Part shown: piece by piece, positions 53,004 through 63,456 of the stretch | How the letters are laid out: each line of letters starts with the position of its first letter | Numbering within the stretch: position 1 is the first letter of the stretch | Assembly (NCBI GenBank): GCA_934277615.1 | Contig: CAKQUV010000002.1 | Coordinates: 98,855 to 162,854, forward strand | Direction: 5' to 3' | Origin: an uncultured Clostridia bacterium | GTDB lineage: Bacteria; Bacillota; Clostridia; Christensenellales; CAG-917 | DNA: 64,000 bases | Position numbers and translations under genes: made by a program | The notes under the pieces: model-generated | Databases searched by the model: none | The model's input: only the letters and a program-made list of their open reading frames with translations | What the model was told of the DNA's origin: nothing

Positions 53004-54770
53004 ATGGAAAATACTTATGCTGTACAAATGAAGGGGATTGCCAAGCGTTTTGGCAAGGTCGTGGCAAATAGCAACGTCGATCTTGACTTGCGCAAGGGTG
53101 AAATCTTGTCTTTGCTCGGTGAAAACGGCAGTGGTAAGACTACGCTTATGAATATGCTTGCCGGCATTTATTATCCCGATGAAGGTGAGATTTTCGTAGA
53201 CGGTAAAGAAGTGGTTATCCGCTCGCCCAAAGACGCTTTTGACAATCATATCGGAATGGTGCATCAGCATTTCAAACTTGTGGACGTTTTTTCTGCCGCC
53301 GACAATATTATTCTCGGTGAAAAAGAAGCCAAATTGTCCTTCAAAGACGAAAAACAAAAGGTCGTTGATGACACTATTGCCAACAACGCAGAGTGCGACG
53401 AGTACGAAAAGGAAGAGCACCCCGGCGTTCTTTCATATCTCACCGCACCAAAAAGAATTACCGATAAAGAACTCAAAAAGCGTATTTCGCTCCTGCCTTG
53501 GACGAGATTTGCAAGAAGCGTAAAGTTCAATTGGCTCAGAAAGAACCGCGCAAACGATTTGCAAGGCATTGCCGACAAATACGGGTTCGATATCGACTTA
53601 AAGAAGAAAATATACGATATGTCTGTCAGTGAAAAGCAGACTGTCGAAATCATAAAAGTTTTGTATAGAAAGGCGGATATTCTCATTCTTGACGAGCCTA
53701 CCGCCGTTCTCACTCCGCAGGAAATCACGAAACTGTTTTCCGTTATGCGCAAAATGAAAGAGGACGGAAAGTCCATTATAATCATCACGCACAAACTTAA
53801 CGAAGTTATGGAAATCAGCGACAGAGTGGCGGTGCTACGCAAGGGCGAGCATATCGCGACCGTCGAAACCAAAGAAACGAGCGAAAAGCAACTCACCGAA
53901 ATGATGGTCGGCAAAAAGGTTGATCTCAACATCGAAAGAGCCACTCCGCACGACGTTGAAGACAGACTTGTCGTAGAACATCTCACCGCACTTAATCACG
54001 ATGGCGTAAAGGTGCTTGACGACGTTTCTTTCACGGCGCGCTCGGGCGAAATCCTCGGTATTGCGGGTATCGCGGGCAGTGGTCAAAAGGAACTTTTGGA
54101 ATCCATTGCGGGACTTCAAAAACTCAATACGGGCGACATCATCTATTATGACCCCGCAAAAAACAACGAGAAAGTGGATTTGCGCTCCAAGACTCCCGTG
54201 CAAATAAGAGAACTCGGCGTAAGACTTTCCTTCGTTCCCGAGGACAGACTGGGCATGGGACTTGTCGGCAATATGGACATCACGGACAACATGATGCTCC
54301 GCTCCTACAGAAAGGGCATTCCGTTCTTCCTTGACAGAAAGAATCCCAAAAAACTTGCGGAAAAGATTGTCGATGAACTTCATGTCGCAACTCCGAGCAC
54401 ACAAACTCCCGTCCGTCGTCTTTCGGGCGGCAACGTGCAAAAAATTCTCGTCGGACGCGAAATCGCGGCTGCTCCGACCGTGTTTATGGCGGCGTATCCA
54501 GTACGCGGACTGGACATCAATTCGTCTTACACCATATATCATCTTCTCAACGAACAGAAAGAAAAGGGCGTTGCGGTCATCTTCGTCGGCGAAGATCTTG
54601 ACGTGCTTATCGATCTTTGCGACAGAATTATGGTTATATGCGGCGGCAGAATCACGGGCATAATCGACGGCAGACGCGCGATAAAGGAGCAAATCGGCTC
54701 GTTGATGCTCGGCAGAGAATCCGCAACGGAAAATATCGACAAGGAGGCAGCGCAAGATGAAACAAAATAA
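53004..54770 (+). CDS. ABC transporter ATP-binding protein with two NBDs (nucleoside/sugar importer type)
   Basis: GENGSGKTT Walker A, a second NBD (GIAGSGQKE, LSGGNVQK). NBD1 carries a ~60-75-aa insertion before its signature (MSVSEKQ). Confidence 0.9.
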   Translation: MENTYAVQMKGIAKRFGKVVANSNVDLDLRKGEILSLLGENGSGKTTLMNMLAGIYYPDEGEIFVDGKEVVIRSPKDAFDNHIGMVHQHFKLVDVFSAADNIILGEKEAKLSFKDEKQKVVDDTIANNAECDEYEKEEHPGVLSYLTAPKRITDKELKKRISLLPWTRFARSVKFNWLRKNRANDLQGIADKYGFDIDLKKKIYDMSVSEKQTVEIIKVLYRKADILILDEPTAVLTPQEITKLFSVMRKMKEDGKSIIIITHKLNEVMEISDRVAVLRKGEHIATVETKETSEKQLTEMMVGKKVDLNIERATPHDVEDRLVVEHLTALNHDGVKVLDDVSFTARSGEILGIAGIAGSGQKELLESIAGLQKLNTGDIIYYDPAKNNEKVDLRSKTPVQIRELGVRLSFVPEDRLGMGLVGNMDITDNMMLRSYRKGIPFFLDRKNPKKLAEKIVDELHVATPSTQTPVRRLSGGNVQKILVGREIAAAPTVFMAAYPVRGLDINSSYTIYHLLNEQKEKGVAVIFVGEDLDVLIDLCDRIMVICGGRITGIIDGRRAIKEQIGSLMLGRESATENIDKEAAQDETK

Positions 54771-55980
54771 AGAACCGTTGGTGCATCTTGTAAAAAGAGA
54801 TAATATCGAGCCTTGGAAACCTTGGGTAATCAGGGCGGCAACCATAATCGGCGGCTTGATTTTCATCTGCTTGCTCTGCTTTGCGGAATTGAAAGTTTCG
54901 CCCTTCAAAGTCATCAAATATATGTTTGTCGGCGCATTCGGCAGCGAACACAACATTCTCGTTATGTTTAGACAAATGTCGCTGTTGCTCATAATTGCGC
55001 TGGCGATAACTCCCGCTTTTAAAATGCGATTTTGGAACATCGGCGCGGAAGGTCAAGTGCTTATCGGTGCGTTCGGCGCGTGCGCATGTATGTTCTATTG
55101 CGGAGGCAAAATGTCCAATGCGGGACTTATCGTGCTTATGTTCGTGGTATCTATCGTGGCAGGCGTTATATGGGCGGTTATTCCCGCGCTTTTCAAAGCG
55201 AAATGGAACACCAACGAGACGCTTTTCACGCTTATGATGAACTATATCGCACTTCAAGTCGTGCTTTATTTCATCAAGGTTTGGGTGCCGGGCGGATCGG
55301 GTTCGCTTAATCCCATCAAATACGGCAATCTTCCGCAGATTGCGGGCGGTGATTATTATTTCAGTATGATTTTTGCCGCGGTCATCACCGTTGCGATGTT
55401 TTGCTATTTGCGTTTCAGCAAGCACGGCTATGAAATCACTGTCGTGGGCGAGAGCGTGAACACGGCAAAATATATCGGTATCAACGTCAAAAAAGTAATT
55501 ATAAGAACACTCATTCTGTCGGGTGCGATTTGCGGTATAGCGGGCTTCCTCATCGTTGCGGGCATAGACCACACGATAAGCAAAGACACCGTCGGCGGTC
55601 AAGGATTTACGGCGGTTTTGGTAAGTTGGCTTGCGCAATTCAACCCTATTGCAATGGTTTTCACGTCATTCCTCGTTGCATTTCTCACTCGCGGAACGCA
55701 AGAAGTTATGACGAGCAGCGGTATAACCAACAACTTCTTTGCACAAGTCGTTACGGGTATAATGTTTATCATTATACTTGCAAGCGAGTTCTTGATAAGG
55801 TATCAAATCGTGTTCAGAAAGAAGCATAAAGACTCAATCGACAGTGCAGAGCCCGCGCAAGATACGAATGTGGCAGCCGATACGGAAAACGCGTCGAACG
55901 AGCCTATCGCCCAAAGCGCACAAGAGGAAGAGATTATTGCCGATAGCGTCGAAAACTCGACCGAGAAGGGGGTAAACTGA
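54757..55980 (+). CDS. ABC transporter permease (BMP-type importer), acidic C-terminal tail
   Basis: Multi-TM protein. AAGGAGG SD. Overlaps the ATPase gene stop. The last ~55 aa are acidic. Confidence 0.85.
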   Translation: MKQNKEPLVHLVKRDNIEPWKPWVIRAATIIGGLIFICLLCFAELKVSPFKVIKYMFVGAFGSEHNILVMFRQMSLLLIIALAITPAFKMRFWNIGAEGQVLIGAFGACACMFYCGGKMSNAGLIVLMFVVSIVAGVIWAVIPALFKAKWNTNETLFTLMMNYIALQVVLYFIKVWVPGGSGSLNPIKYGNLPQIAGGDYYFSMIFAAVITVAMFCYLRFSKHGYEITVVGESVNTAKYIGINVKKVIIRTLILSGAICGIAGFLIVAGIDHTISKDTVGGQGFTAVLVSWLAQFNPIAMVFTSFLVAFLTRGTQEVMTSSGITNNFFAQVVTGIMFIIILASEFLIRYQIVFRKKHKDSIDSAEPAQDTNVAADTENASNEPIAQSAQEEEIIADSVENSTEKGVN

Positions 55981-55981
55981 T

Positions 55982-56935
55982 ATGTTCGTAAAATTTTTGT
56001 CAAGTGCAATCAGATTGAGCGCGGTGTTCCTTTATGGTTCTACGGGAGAAATCATCGTGGAAAAGGGCGGACATCTCAACCTCGGTATTCCCGGCATTAT
56101 GAGCGTCAGTGCGGCGGTAAGCGTGCTTGCGGAATATTCTCTCATCAAGACCATGGGGACAAGTGCTCCCGCGCTTTTGGTGCTTATACCGATAATAGTT
56201 GCGTTTTTAGTCGGCGCGATTATGGGCTTCCTTTACAGTTTTCTCACCGTTACGCTTCATTGCAATCAAAACGTTGTTGGTCTTGCAATGACCACTCTCG
56301 GCGTAGGCCTTGCGGGCTACTATATGACGGGTGCGGGCGCAAAGATAATGATCGTCGCAAGAGCGAGCAAGTATTTTATCAAATTGTTCGACGTTCAGGG
56401 CGGCGGTGCGTTCTCGCAAATATTCCTCTCACACGGTGCGTTGGTGTATCTTGCAATTATAATCGCAGTCGTTGCTCAAATCGTACTTAGCAAGACGAGA
56501 ACGGGACTCAACCTCCGTGCCGTGGGTGAAAATCCCGCAACGGCGGACGCGGCGGGCATCGACGTCACCAAATACAAATACGTGTCATCTTGCGTAGGTT
56601 GCGGTATTTCGGGCTTGGGCGGTCTCTTCTGTGTTATGGACTATATGGGCGGAAACTGGGAATATGTCCTTGAAGGCTTTGGATGGCTCTCTATCGCACT
56701 CGTTATCTTCACGCTTTGGAAACCCGCATTGTCCATACTCGGATCAATAATTTTTGCGGGTTTGTACATCGCATCGTCGTACATAAAAGGCATTTCGTTT
56801 GCGCAAATCGAGCTTATCAAGCTTTTGCCGTACGTCGTCACAATCCTCGTGCTCGTCATCACGAGTATGATAAACAAGAGAGAAGCACAACCGCCGGCGG
56901 CACTCGGCATGTCTTACTTCCGAGAAGAGAGATAA
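55982..56935 (+). CDS. ABC transporter permease (BMP-type importer)
   Basis: Multi-TM protein that starts 1 nt after the upstream stop. Confidence 0.85.
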   Translation: MFVKFLSSAIRLSAVFLYGSTGEIIVEKGGHLNLGIPGIMSVSAAVSVLAEYSLIKTMGTSAPALLVLIPIIVAFLVGAIMGFLYSFLTVTLHCNQNVVGLAMTTLGVGLAGYYMTGAGAKIMIVARASKYFIKLFDVQGGGAFSQIFLSHGALVYLAIIIAVVAQIVLSKTRTGLNLRAVGENPATADAAGIDVTKYKYVSSCVGCGISGLGGLFCVMDYMGGNWEYVLEGFGWLSIALVIFTLWKPALSILGSIIFAGLYIASSYIKGISFAQIELIKLLPYVVTILVLVITSMINKREAQPPAALGMSYFREER

Positions 56936-57535
56936 AAATTAATAATTAATAATTAATAATTAATAATTGCAAGTGGGCGTTGCCCACACCTAAATGAAGC
57001 TTATTCGAGGCGTTCTTATTAACGGAATGTGCTTATTCGAAGTTCGAGTCGCAAGGCGCCGAGCGAATAAGCGCCGAGCTTGCGTCACACACAAGGCTTT
57101 TAGCCACAATTGTCACTTGTGCCAATTGCTTGCTTTTTGCCTTGGTGCTCCTTCTTTCCTTCACACAAAAGACTGCGCTTTCATCTTATATAACCCACTA
57201 TCGTTCGCTTGTCTTTTGTATGTGGAAGCCTTGTGGGTGCAGTACAAGCGACTGCGCCGTGTTGTTGCCTAGCTGGCGCACAAAGCGCAGTGGCATAACA
57301 AGGGGGCGATACCTATTTATGCGAGTGCCGTTGTCTCCCCCGCGAGCGACGAATAATATTGTAGAGAATTATCCCTAACCGAGTGGTCGGGCGCGACGCG
57401 TTAAGCAACACATTCGGTGAATGTGTTGTAGCCAAAGCGAACGAGGCGGATTGCGGTGCGCAAACGCCGAAGTGGACATGCCGGCGTGTCCGGAAAGAGG
57501 GGGCACATTGCATTAAAGAAGTTACGATGCACCCG
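56936..57535 (+). repeat. mosaic hairpin-rich intergenic element, copy 3 of 3 (~0.6 kb)
   Basis: (AATTAATAATT)n leader right after the stop, then GTGGGCGTTGCCCAC, followed by modules ~95% identical to 5628-5897 and 6046-6130. Confidence 0.75.
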
Positions 57536-57544
57536 AATTACAAA

Positions 57545-57576
57545 CAAAAAAAGCCCGTTAGATACGGGCTTTTTTG
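57545..57576. terminator. bidirectional intrinsic terminator
   Basis: A7-AGCCCGT taga TACGGGCT-TTTTT. Confidence 0.8.
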
Positions 57577-57599
57577 ATATTCTAATCAAACAATTTCAT

Positions 57600-59012
57600 T
57601 TATTTCAACTTGCCGAGACCGATGGAATAACCTTGCGCTTTGCCGAGTTGTTTTGCGGTCTTGGTGTCGAGAATCTCAACGCAACGGATAAACGTACCGA
57701 TTTGTTCGCACATAAGGTCGAGGTTGAATTTGTCCATATGGTGATTGTCCGCAATCGAGCAGAGATAGTCGGGAGCGGTTACAAGCGCGATTTCGGGAAT
57801 ACGCTTATTGAAGAGCGGTTGACCTTCGCCGAAATGGAGCATATTGTGTCCGCGCAAAGTGAGCGTGCGCACGTTGTCGCGCTCTTTGATTGCCTCGTAA
57901 TAGATATCGTCCATAGTCTTGTTGCCGGTGTACACGAGTTCCACGTCAATGGGATTGGTCATCTTATACACGCCGTCAACGTCCTTCCATTCCGTGCAAC
58001 CGAGGTGTTCCACTGCGCAACCCGCAACGGCTTTCAGACCGCCTTTTTTGCCTTTCCACACTTGCTTGTTGTCGGCAAGGAATTTGGAAGTGGCTTGGTC
58101 CGTACCCGTACGGAAAGAGGGAAGACGGAAATGCCCCGTTACAAACGCGAAAACAAGGTTTCTATCCGTGGGATTTTGTTTAAAATACTTCATCATCGGC
58201 AGTATTCCGATCGCGCCGTTTTCCTCGCAGAAATTGCATCCGTCGGTGTGCGTGTTGACAATGATTGCCTCGTTTGTATCCTTCTTGCCTTTGAGCACGG
58301 CATAGAATGATTCCGTGTGCGCTTTTTCATATTTTCCGACAAGTTTCAAAGTGGCGGTTTTGTGTGCTTTTGCGGCGTCTAACACGGTTTTCCCGTCTGT
58401 TTGATTCACCCACACCATAGGCACTTTGAGATAGTGCAAAATGAAATTGAGCACCTGTCCTTCCACCATTTGATCGGACATATCTTCCCAAATGCAAATC
58501 ATGCCTTTCATACCCGAGAGTTGCGCCGCCCAGAAGGTGAGCAACGTCTTTACGAAGGATGTGCTGACGGGACCTCTGTAACTCTTTTCGATTTCAAGGT
58601 CGGCAGGGTAAGATTTGCGTTTATCGAAAGCGATTTTACTGCTGATTTTGGACAAATTTTTGATGTGGCAAACGGCAATTTTGCCTCTTGCTCTGGCAAA
58701 GCCGAGAGGGTGATTGCCCACTTCCACAAGTTTGCCGCAAACGCCGTCTTTATCTGTAAGTCCGCTGTAGGGGAAGGGCGAGGAAACGTGCACTTCTTTG
58801 CCGTCGACGGTCAATGCGCACTCGTCGCAAGTCCAACGCTGAAACTCGTACGGCGTTGTGTGAATTTCATATCCCATTTCCGTTATCTGAGTCTTTATCC
58901 ACTTGCAGAACTCGTTTTGAGCGTCCGTGCCTGTGAGTCGAACGCCAAAAGCGTTCATAGTGTCCATATCTTGCGCGATTTTTTGCGCGTTGCAATATTT
59001 TTGAATATCCAT
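57600..59012 (-). CDS. M28-like / PA-domain metallopeptidase-family protein (function uncertain)
   Basis: 470 aa with an AGGGGG SD. Weak M28-type metal-ligand patterns (NTHTDG, CEENG, TGH). Assignment rests on motif resemblance only. Confidence 0.45.
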   Translation of the reverse strand: MDIQKYCNAQKIAQDMDTMNAFGVRLTGTDAQNEFCKWIKTQITEMGYEIHTTPYEFQRWTCDECALTVDGKEVHVSSPFPYSGLTDKDGVCGKLVEVGNHPLGFARARGKIAVCHIKNLSKISSKIAFDKRKSYPADLEIEKSYRGPVSTSFVKTLLTFWAAQLSGMKGMICIWEDMSDQMVEGQVLNFILHYLKVPMVWVNQTDGKTVLDAAKAHKTATLKLVGKYEKAHTESFYAVLKGKKDTNEAIIVNTHTDGCNFCEENGAIGILPMMKYFKQNPTDRNLVFAFVTGHFRLPSFRTGTDQATSKFLADNKQVWKGKKGGLKAVAGCAVEHLGCTEWKDVDGVYKMTNPIDVELVYTGNKTMDDIYYEAIKERDNVRTLTLRGHNMLHFGEGQPLFNKRIPEIALVTAPDYLCSIADNHHMDKFNLDLMCEQIGTFIRCVEILDTKTAKQLGKAQGYSIGLGKLK

Positions 59013-59191
59013 AAAATACCCCCTGATACTTATAATTTCATTTTAATGCCAAAACCTGAGTGTGTCAACCCCGATTGTATACAAACGTATGATATCGTGC
59101 CATAACTTATAAAATGCATAGAAAAGGGACATTTTATCGAAAATACGTTGCGTTTTGACAGTTTTATCCTGCGAAATTCGATACAAAGGTA

Positions 59192-59220
59192 TTGAAAACC
59201 AAAAAACAAAGTGTTATAAT
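59192..59220 (+). promoter_or_regulatory. promoter of the hyp-like operon
   Basis: TTGAAA (59192-59197), 17-nt spacer, TGtTATAAT extended -10 (59212-59220). Confidence 0.6.
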
Positions 59221-59241
59221 ATATATCTAAAATAGGTAATT

Positions 59242-59916
59242 ATGGACTTAATTCGAACAATCGAACTGAAAAGGACTATCCTCGAAGACAACGACGCCGA
59301 CGCAAACAAACTGCGCTCGGAGCTTGACGACGCGCGCGTTTATTATATAAACGTTATGTCCGCTCCGGGCAGCGGCAAAACGTCTTTGCTTGTCAAACTT
59401 ATCGGCAAGCTCAAAGACAAATGCGCTGTGGGAGTTATGGAGGCAGATATAGACGGCGACGTTGACGCGTACACCGTACGCGAGGCAGGAGCGCAGTCAA
59501 TCCAGCTTCACACGGGCGGAATGTGCCACCTCGACGCGGATATGTCGCGTCAAGGGTTCAAAGAGTTCGGTACCAAAGAAGATATAGTGTTTTTGGAGAA
59601 TATCGGCAATCTCGTATGTCCTGCCGAGTTCGACACGGGCGCGCACCTCAAAATGGCGTTGCTCGCAATCCCCGAGGGCGACGACAAACCCCTCAAATAC
59701 ACGTTGATGTTTTCAAGTTGCGACGTGCTGGTTATCACCAAGATAGATACGGCAAAATACTTTGATTTCGACGTGGAAAGTTGCAAAGAACATCTTGCAA
59801 AAATCAATCCGAACGCAAAAGTTTTCGTCGTATCGTCCAAGACGGGCGAGGGCGTTGACGCGCTTGCGGATTGGATTTACGGCAAATACAGCGAATGGAA
59901 TGAGGCGTTGAAATGA
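59242..59916 (+). CDS. hypB: HypB-type G3E-family nickel metallochaperone GTPase, copy 1
   Basis: APGSGKTSLL P-loop, GGMCHLDA (CH motif), ENIGNLVCPAEFD and ITKID. Lacks a His-rich or CXXCGC N-terminus. Confidence 0.85.
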   Translation: MDLIRTIELKRTILEDNDADANKLRSELDDARVYYINVMSAPGSGKTSLLVKLIGKLKDKCAVGVMEADIDGDVDAYTVREAGAQSIQLHTGGMCHLDADMSRQGFKEFGTKEDIVFLENIGNLVCPAEFDTGAHLKMALLAIPEGDDKPLKYTLMFSSCDVLVITKIDTAKYFDFDVESCKEHLAKINPNAKVFVVSSKTGEGVDALADWIYGKYSEWNEALK

Positions 59917-60593
59917 GAGTTATATCCGTAAAAGAAAGCGTATTTTCAAACAATGACAAGGTTGCGGATTCCCTCAGAGCGTCGCTCAAGGCGCAAGGCA
60001 CGTTTATGCTCAACGTGATGTCTTCTCCCGGCAGCGGCAAAACAACGCTCCTTACGAGGCTCATTCGCGACATGAAACAGACGCTCAAAATAGTGGCGAT
60101 GGACGTTGATATCGAAACGGACGTAGACGCAAGGCGCATTGCCGAGAACGCAGGCGTGGAAAGCGTGCAAATTCACAACGGCGGGCTTTGCCACATAGAC
60201 GCGCAGATGGTTGCGGACGCACTGGCTCAGGCGGATTTTCCCAAATCCGACCTCATCGTGCTTGAAAACATCGGCAATCTTGTATGTCCTGCCGAGTTCG
60301 ATACCGGCGCGCACCTCAATATGATGCTTTTGTCCGTGCCGGAGGGCGACGACAAACCTTTGAAATATCCGCTCATGTTTGAGAAGTGCGACGTCGTGGT
60401 GGTAACCAAAATCGACGCGCTCGAAGCATTCGACTTCGATATGCAAGCGTTTGAGAAACACATTAAGAATCTAAACAAGAACGCACAGATTTTCCCCGTC
60501 AGCGCAAAGACGGGCGAGGGCGTCGACTTGTTGGAGAATACATTGTACAAAAAAATAAAGTTTTTCGGTAAAGGAGAAAACATCAATGGCTGA
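59913..60593 (+). CDS. hypB: HypB-type G3E-family nickel metallochaperone GTPase, copy 2
   Basis: SPGSGKTTLL, GGLCHIDA, ENIGNLVCPAEFD and VTKID. ATGA overlap with copy 1. Confidence 0.85.
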   Translation: MRVISVKESVFSNNDKVADSLRASLKAQGTFMLNVMSSPGSGKTTLLTRLIRDMKQTLKIVAMDVDIETDVDARRIAENAGVESVQIHNGGLCHIDAQMVADALAQADFPKSDLIVLENIGNLVCPAEFDTGAHLNMMLLSVPEGDDKPLKYPLMFEKCDVVVVTKIDALEAFDFDMQAFEKHIKNLNKNAQIFPVSAKTGEGVDLLENTLYKKIKFFGKGENING

Positions 60594-63447
60594 GATGAGC
60601 AAAGCATTTGTGCCCAAGTATATGGGAGAAGCAAATCCGAGTGAGAAAATCCTCAAATTGGCAAGAAAAATCACGGACTGCATCGATCACAAGATCAAAG
60701 GCGTGACAGCAAACGATCCCGAGTATTGGGGACTTCGTTGCCTCGTAACCGACGAAATGGCAGACGTCGCACTCACGATGAAAGTGCGCCATCACTACAC
60801 GTTCGAGCAAATGTTGAAGCTCAATCCGCAATACAAAGCGGAAGATCTTCAAAAACTTCTCGACGAGATGAGCCACGTAGGGCTTTTGGAATACGATTAT
60901 GGCGACAATTACGACAAGAACGGTCCCATCAAGGGCGCAAAACGCGTGCGTCGTTATTGCCTTCCCATGTTCGTTCCGGGTTCTGCGGAATTTACTAACA
61001 TGATCAAAAAGCAACTCGACGATCACCCCGAGCTTGCAATGTTCTTTGAAAGAATGACATATTTGCCTTTGACCATGGTTACGCCTATGGTTCCGGCAGG
61101 CGGCGCAGGTATCGGTATGCACGTTATCCCCGTTGAAAAGGCAATCGAGATGGAAAACGGCACTATGGACATCGAGCACATTTCTTACTGGCTCAAAAAG
61201 TATGAAGGACACCTTGGCGTAGGTATCTGCTCTTGCCGTTACGGCCGTGCAAAACTCGGCGAAGGCTGCGGCGACAGCTGCGAAGAGTGGTGTATCGGTA
61301 TCGGCGATATGGCTGATTACTGCCGCGAAACCGGCAAAGGCCGCAATATCACATACGATGAGGCAATGCAAATTCTCCGCAACGCAGAGAAGAACGGCTT
61401 TGTTCACCAAATCACCAACATCGACGGCGAAAACAAGATTTTCGCAATCTGCAACTGCAACGTCAACATCTGCAACGCATTGCGTACGTCGCAACTTTTC
61501 AATACGCCAAATATGTCCAGAAGCGCATACGTGGCGAAAGTCGAGAAAGACAAATGCGTGGCTTGCGGCAAGTGCGTAGAGTATTGCCCTGCAGGCGCTG
61601 TCAAACTCGGTCAAAAACTTTGCACCAAGCAAGGCGAAATCAAATATCCCAAACACGAACTTCCCGACAACCTCAGCTGGGGTCCGGACAAATGGGATGA
61701 GGATTACAGAGATAAAAACCGCATCAACTGCTATGAAACAGGTACGTCGCCCTGTAAGGTCGCTTGCCCTGCGCACATTGCAGTCCAAGGTTATATCCGC
61801 AAAGCAAAAGAAGGCAAATATCAGGAAGCGCTTGCTCTCATCAAGAAGGACAACCCGTTCCCGGCAATCTGCGGCCGCGTCTGCAACAAGCGTTGTGAGG
61901 CTGCTTGCACGAGAGGAACCATTGACGAGGCAGTCGCAATCGACGATATCAAGAAATTCATCGCAGAGCAAGATTTGCATGCGGAAACCAGATACATACC
62001 CGAAGTGGTCATTCCGTCCAACGTTGACAAACAATGGTCGCAAAAGATCGCAATCATCGGCGCAGGTCCTGCAGGTCTTTCTTGCGCATACTATCTTGCA
62101 ACCAAGGGTTACAAACCCACCGTCTTTGAAAAGAACGAGAAACTCGGCGGTATGCTCACTTACGGTATTCCGTCCTACAAGCTCGAAAAAGACGTTATCG
62201 AGGCAGAAATCGACGTTTTGCGTGAACTTGGCGTCGAATTCAAGACCGGCGTAGACGTCGGCAAAGACGTAACGATTCCCCAGCTTCGCGAACAAGGTTA
62301 CAAAGCGTTCTACGTTGCAATCGGTTGCCAAGGCGGCAGATTGCCCGGAGTTCCTGGCGAGGACGCAATCGGCACGGATATGGCGGTTTCCTTCTTGCAC
62401 AAAGCAACTGAGAACCATGACAGAAAGATGAACGGCGCAACCGTCGTCATCGGCGGCGGCAACGTTGCAGTTGACTGCGCACGTACGGCTGTTCGTTTCG
62501 GCAGCGACGTTGTCGGTATGTATTGCCTCGAATCTCGCGACACAATGCCTGCAAGCAAGAAAGAAGTTGAAGAAACTCTTGCGGACGGCATCACCGTCAA
62601 CAACGGTTGGGGCCCCAAGGAAATCCTCAAGAACGAGGACGGCACCGTCAAAGCGGTCGTATTCAAGAAATGCCTCAGCGTTATCGATCCTGTTACAAAG
62701 AGATTCAATCCTCAATATGACGAAAACGACACCATCACCGTCGAGGCTCAAAACGTCATCTTTGCAATCGGTCAAACGGTTGTTTGGGGCGACTTGCTCA
62801 AAGGCACCAAGGTTGAGTTCCATCACGGCAATTATCCTGTCGCAGACTCTCTCACTTATCAAACGGCAGAGCCCGACATCTTCGTCGGCGGCGACGTGTA
62901 CAGCGGACCGAAGTTTGCAATCGACGCAATCGAGGCAGGTAAGAACGCGGCTGTATCTCTCCACAGATTCGTACAACCGGGCACGAGTATGACCATCGGT
63001 CGCAATCGTCGCGACTTCATCGAGCTTGACAAGAACAACATTGTCATCGACAGCTACGACACGGCAGGCAGACAAGAAGCAAAAGAACTCGACGGCGACA
63101 AACACTCCTTCAGAGATTTGCACGGCACTCTCACTGCAGAGCAAGTGCACACAGAGGCGTCTCGTTGCCTCGGCTGCGGCGCAAGCGTCGTAGACGAGAA
63201 CAAGTGCATCGGTTGTGGCGTTTGCACCACCAAGTGCGAATTTGACGCAATCCACCTCCACAGAGAACATCCCGAATGCTCGACGATGGTACGCAGTGAA
63301 GACAAGTTCAAGAAGATCTTGCCGTACGCTATCAAACGTGGATTCAGAATCGTCTTTGGCAAAAAGACCGCCGAAGAAAAAGCGTCTCAAAAGAAACACA
63401 AAGAGTACGTAAAAGCAACCAAAAAAGCCAAAAAAGCAAACAAATAA
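60586..63447 (+). CDS. 953-aa multidomain Fe-S flavoprotein (Cys-rich N-domain, 4Fe-4S ferredoxin, GltD-like FAD/NAD(P) oxidoreductase, C-terminal 2x[4Fe-4S])
   Basis: CSCRYGRAKLGEGCGDSCEEWC and CNCNVNIC clusters. CVACGKCVEYCP, then a GltD-type CPAH...CGRVCNKRCEAACTR and IAIIGAGPAGLSCA dinucleotide fold. C-terminal CLGCG...CIGCGVCTTKC. The start overlaps the hypB copy 2 stop. Confidence 0.8.
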   Translation: MAEMSKAFVPKYMGEANPSEKILKLARKITDCIDHKIKGVTANDPEYWGLRCLVTDEMADVALTMKVRHHYTFEQMLKLNPQYKAEDLQKLLDEMSHVGLLEYDYGDNYDKNGPIKGAKRVRRYCLPMFVPGSAEFTNMIKKQLDDHPELAMFFERMTYLPLTMVTPMVPAGGAGIGMHVIPVEKAIEMENGTMDIEHISYWLKKYEGHLGVGICSCRYGRAKLGEGCGDSCEEWCIGIGDMADYCRETGKGRNITYDEAMQILRNAEKNGFVHQITNIDGENKIFAICNCNVNICNALRTSQLFNTPNMSRSAYVAKVEKDKCVACGKCVEYCPAGAVKLGQKLCTKQGEIKYPKHELPDNLSWGPDKWDEDYRDKNRINCYETGTSPCKVACPAHIAVQGYIRKAKEGKYQEALALIKKDNPFPAICGRVCNKRCEAACTRGTIDEAVAIDDIKKFIAEQDLHAETRYIPEVVIPSNVDKQWSQKIAIIGAGPAGLSCAYYLATKGYKPTVFEKNEKLGGMLTYGIPSYKLEKDVIEAEIDVLRELGVEFKTGVDVGKDVTIPQLREQGYKAFYVAIGCQGGRLPGVPGEDAIGTDMAVSFLHKATENHDRKMNGATVVIGGGNVAVDCARTAVRFGSDVVGMYCLESRDTMPASKKEVEETLADGITVNNGWGPKEILKNEDGTVKAVVFKKCLSVIDPVTKRFNPQYDENDTITVEAQNVIFAIGQTVVWGDLLKGTKVEFHHGNYPVADSLTYQTAEPDIFVGGDVYSGPKFAIDAIEAGKNAAVSLHRFVQPGTSMTIGRNRRDFIELDKNNIVIDSYDTAGRQEAKELDGDKHSFRDLHGTLTAEQVHTEASRCLGCGASVVDENKCIGCGVCTTKCEFDAIHLHREHPECSTMVRSEDKFKKILPYAIKRGFRIVFGKKTAEEKASQKKHKEYVKATKKAKKANK

Positions 63448-63456
63448 GAGGTAATT

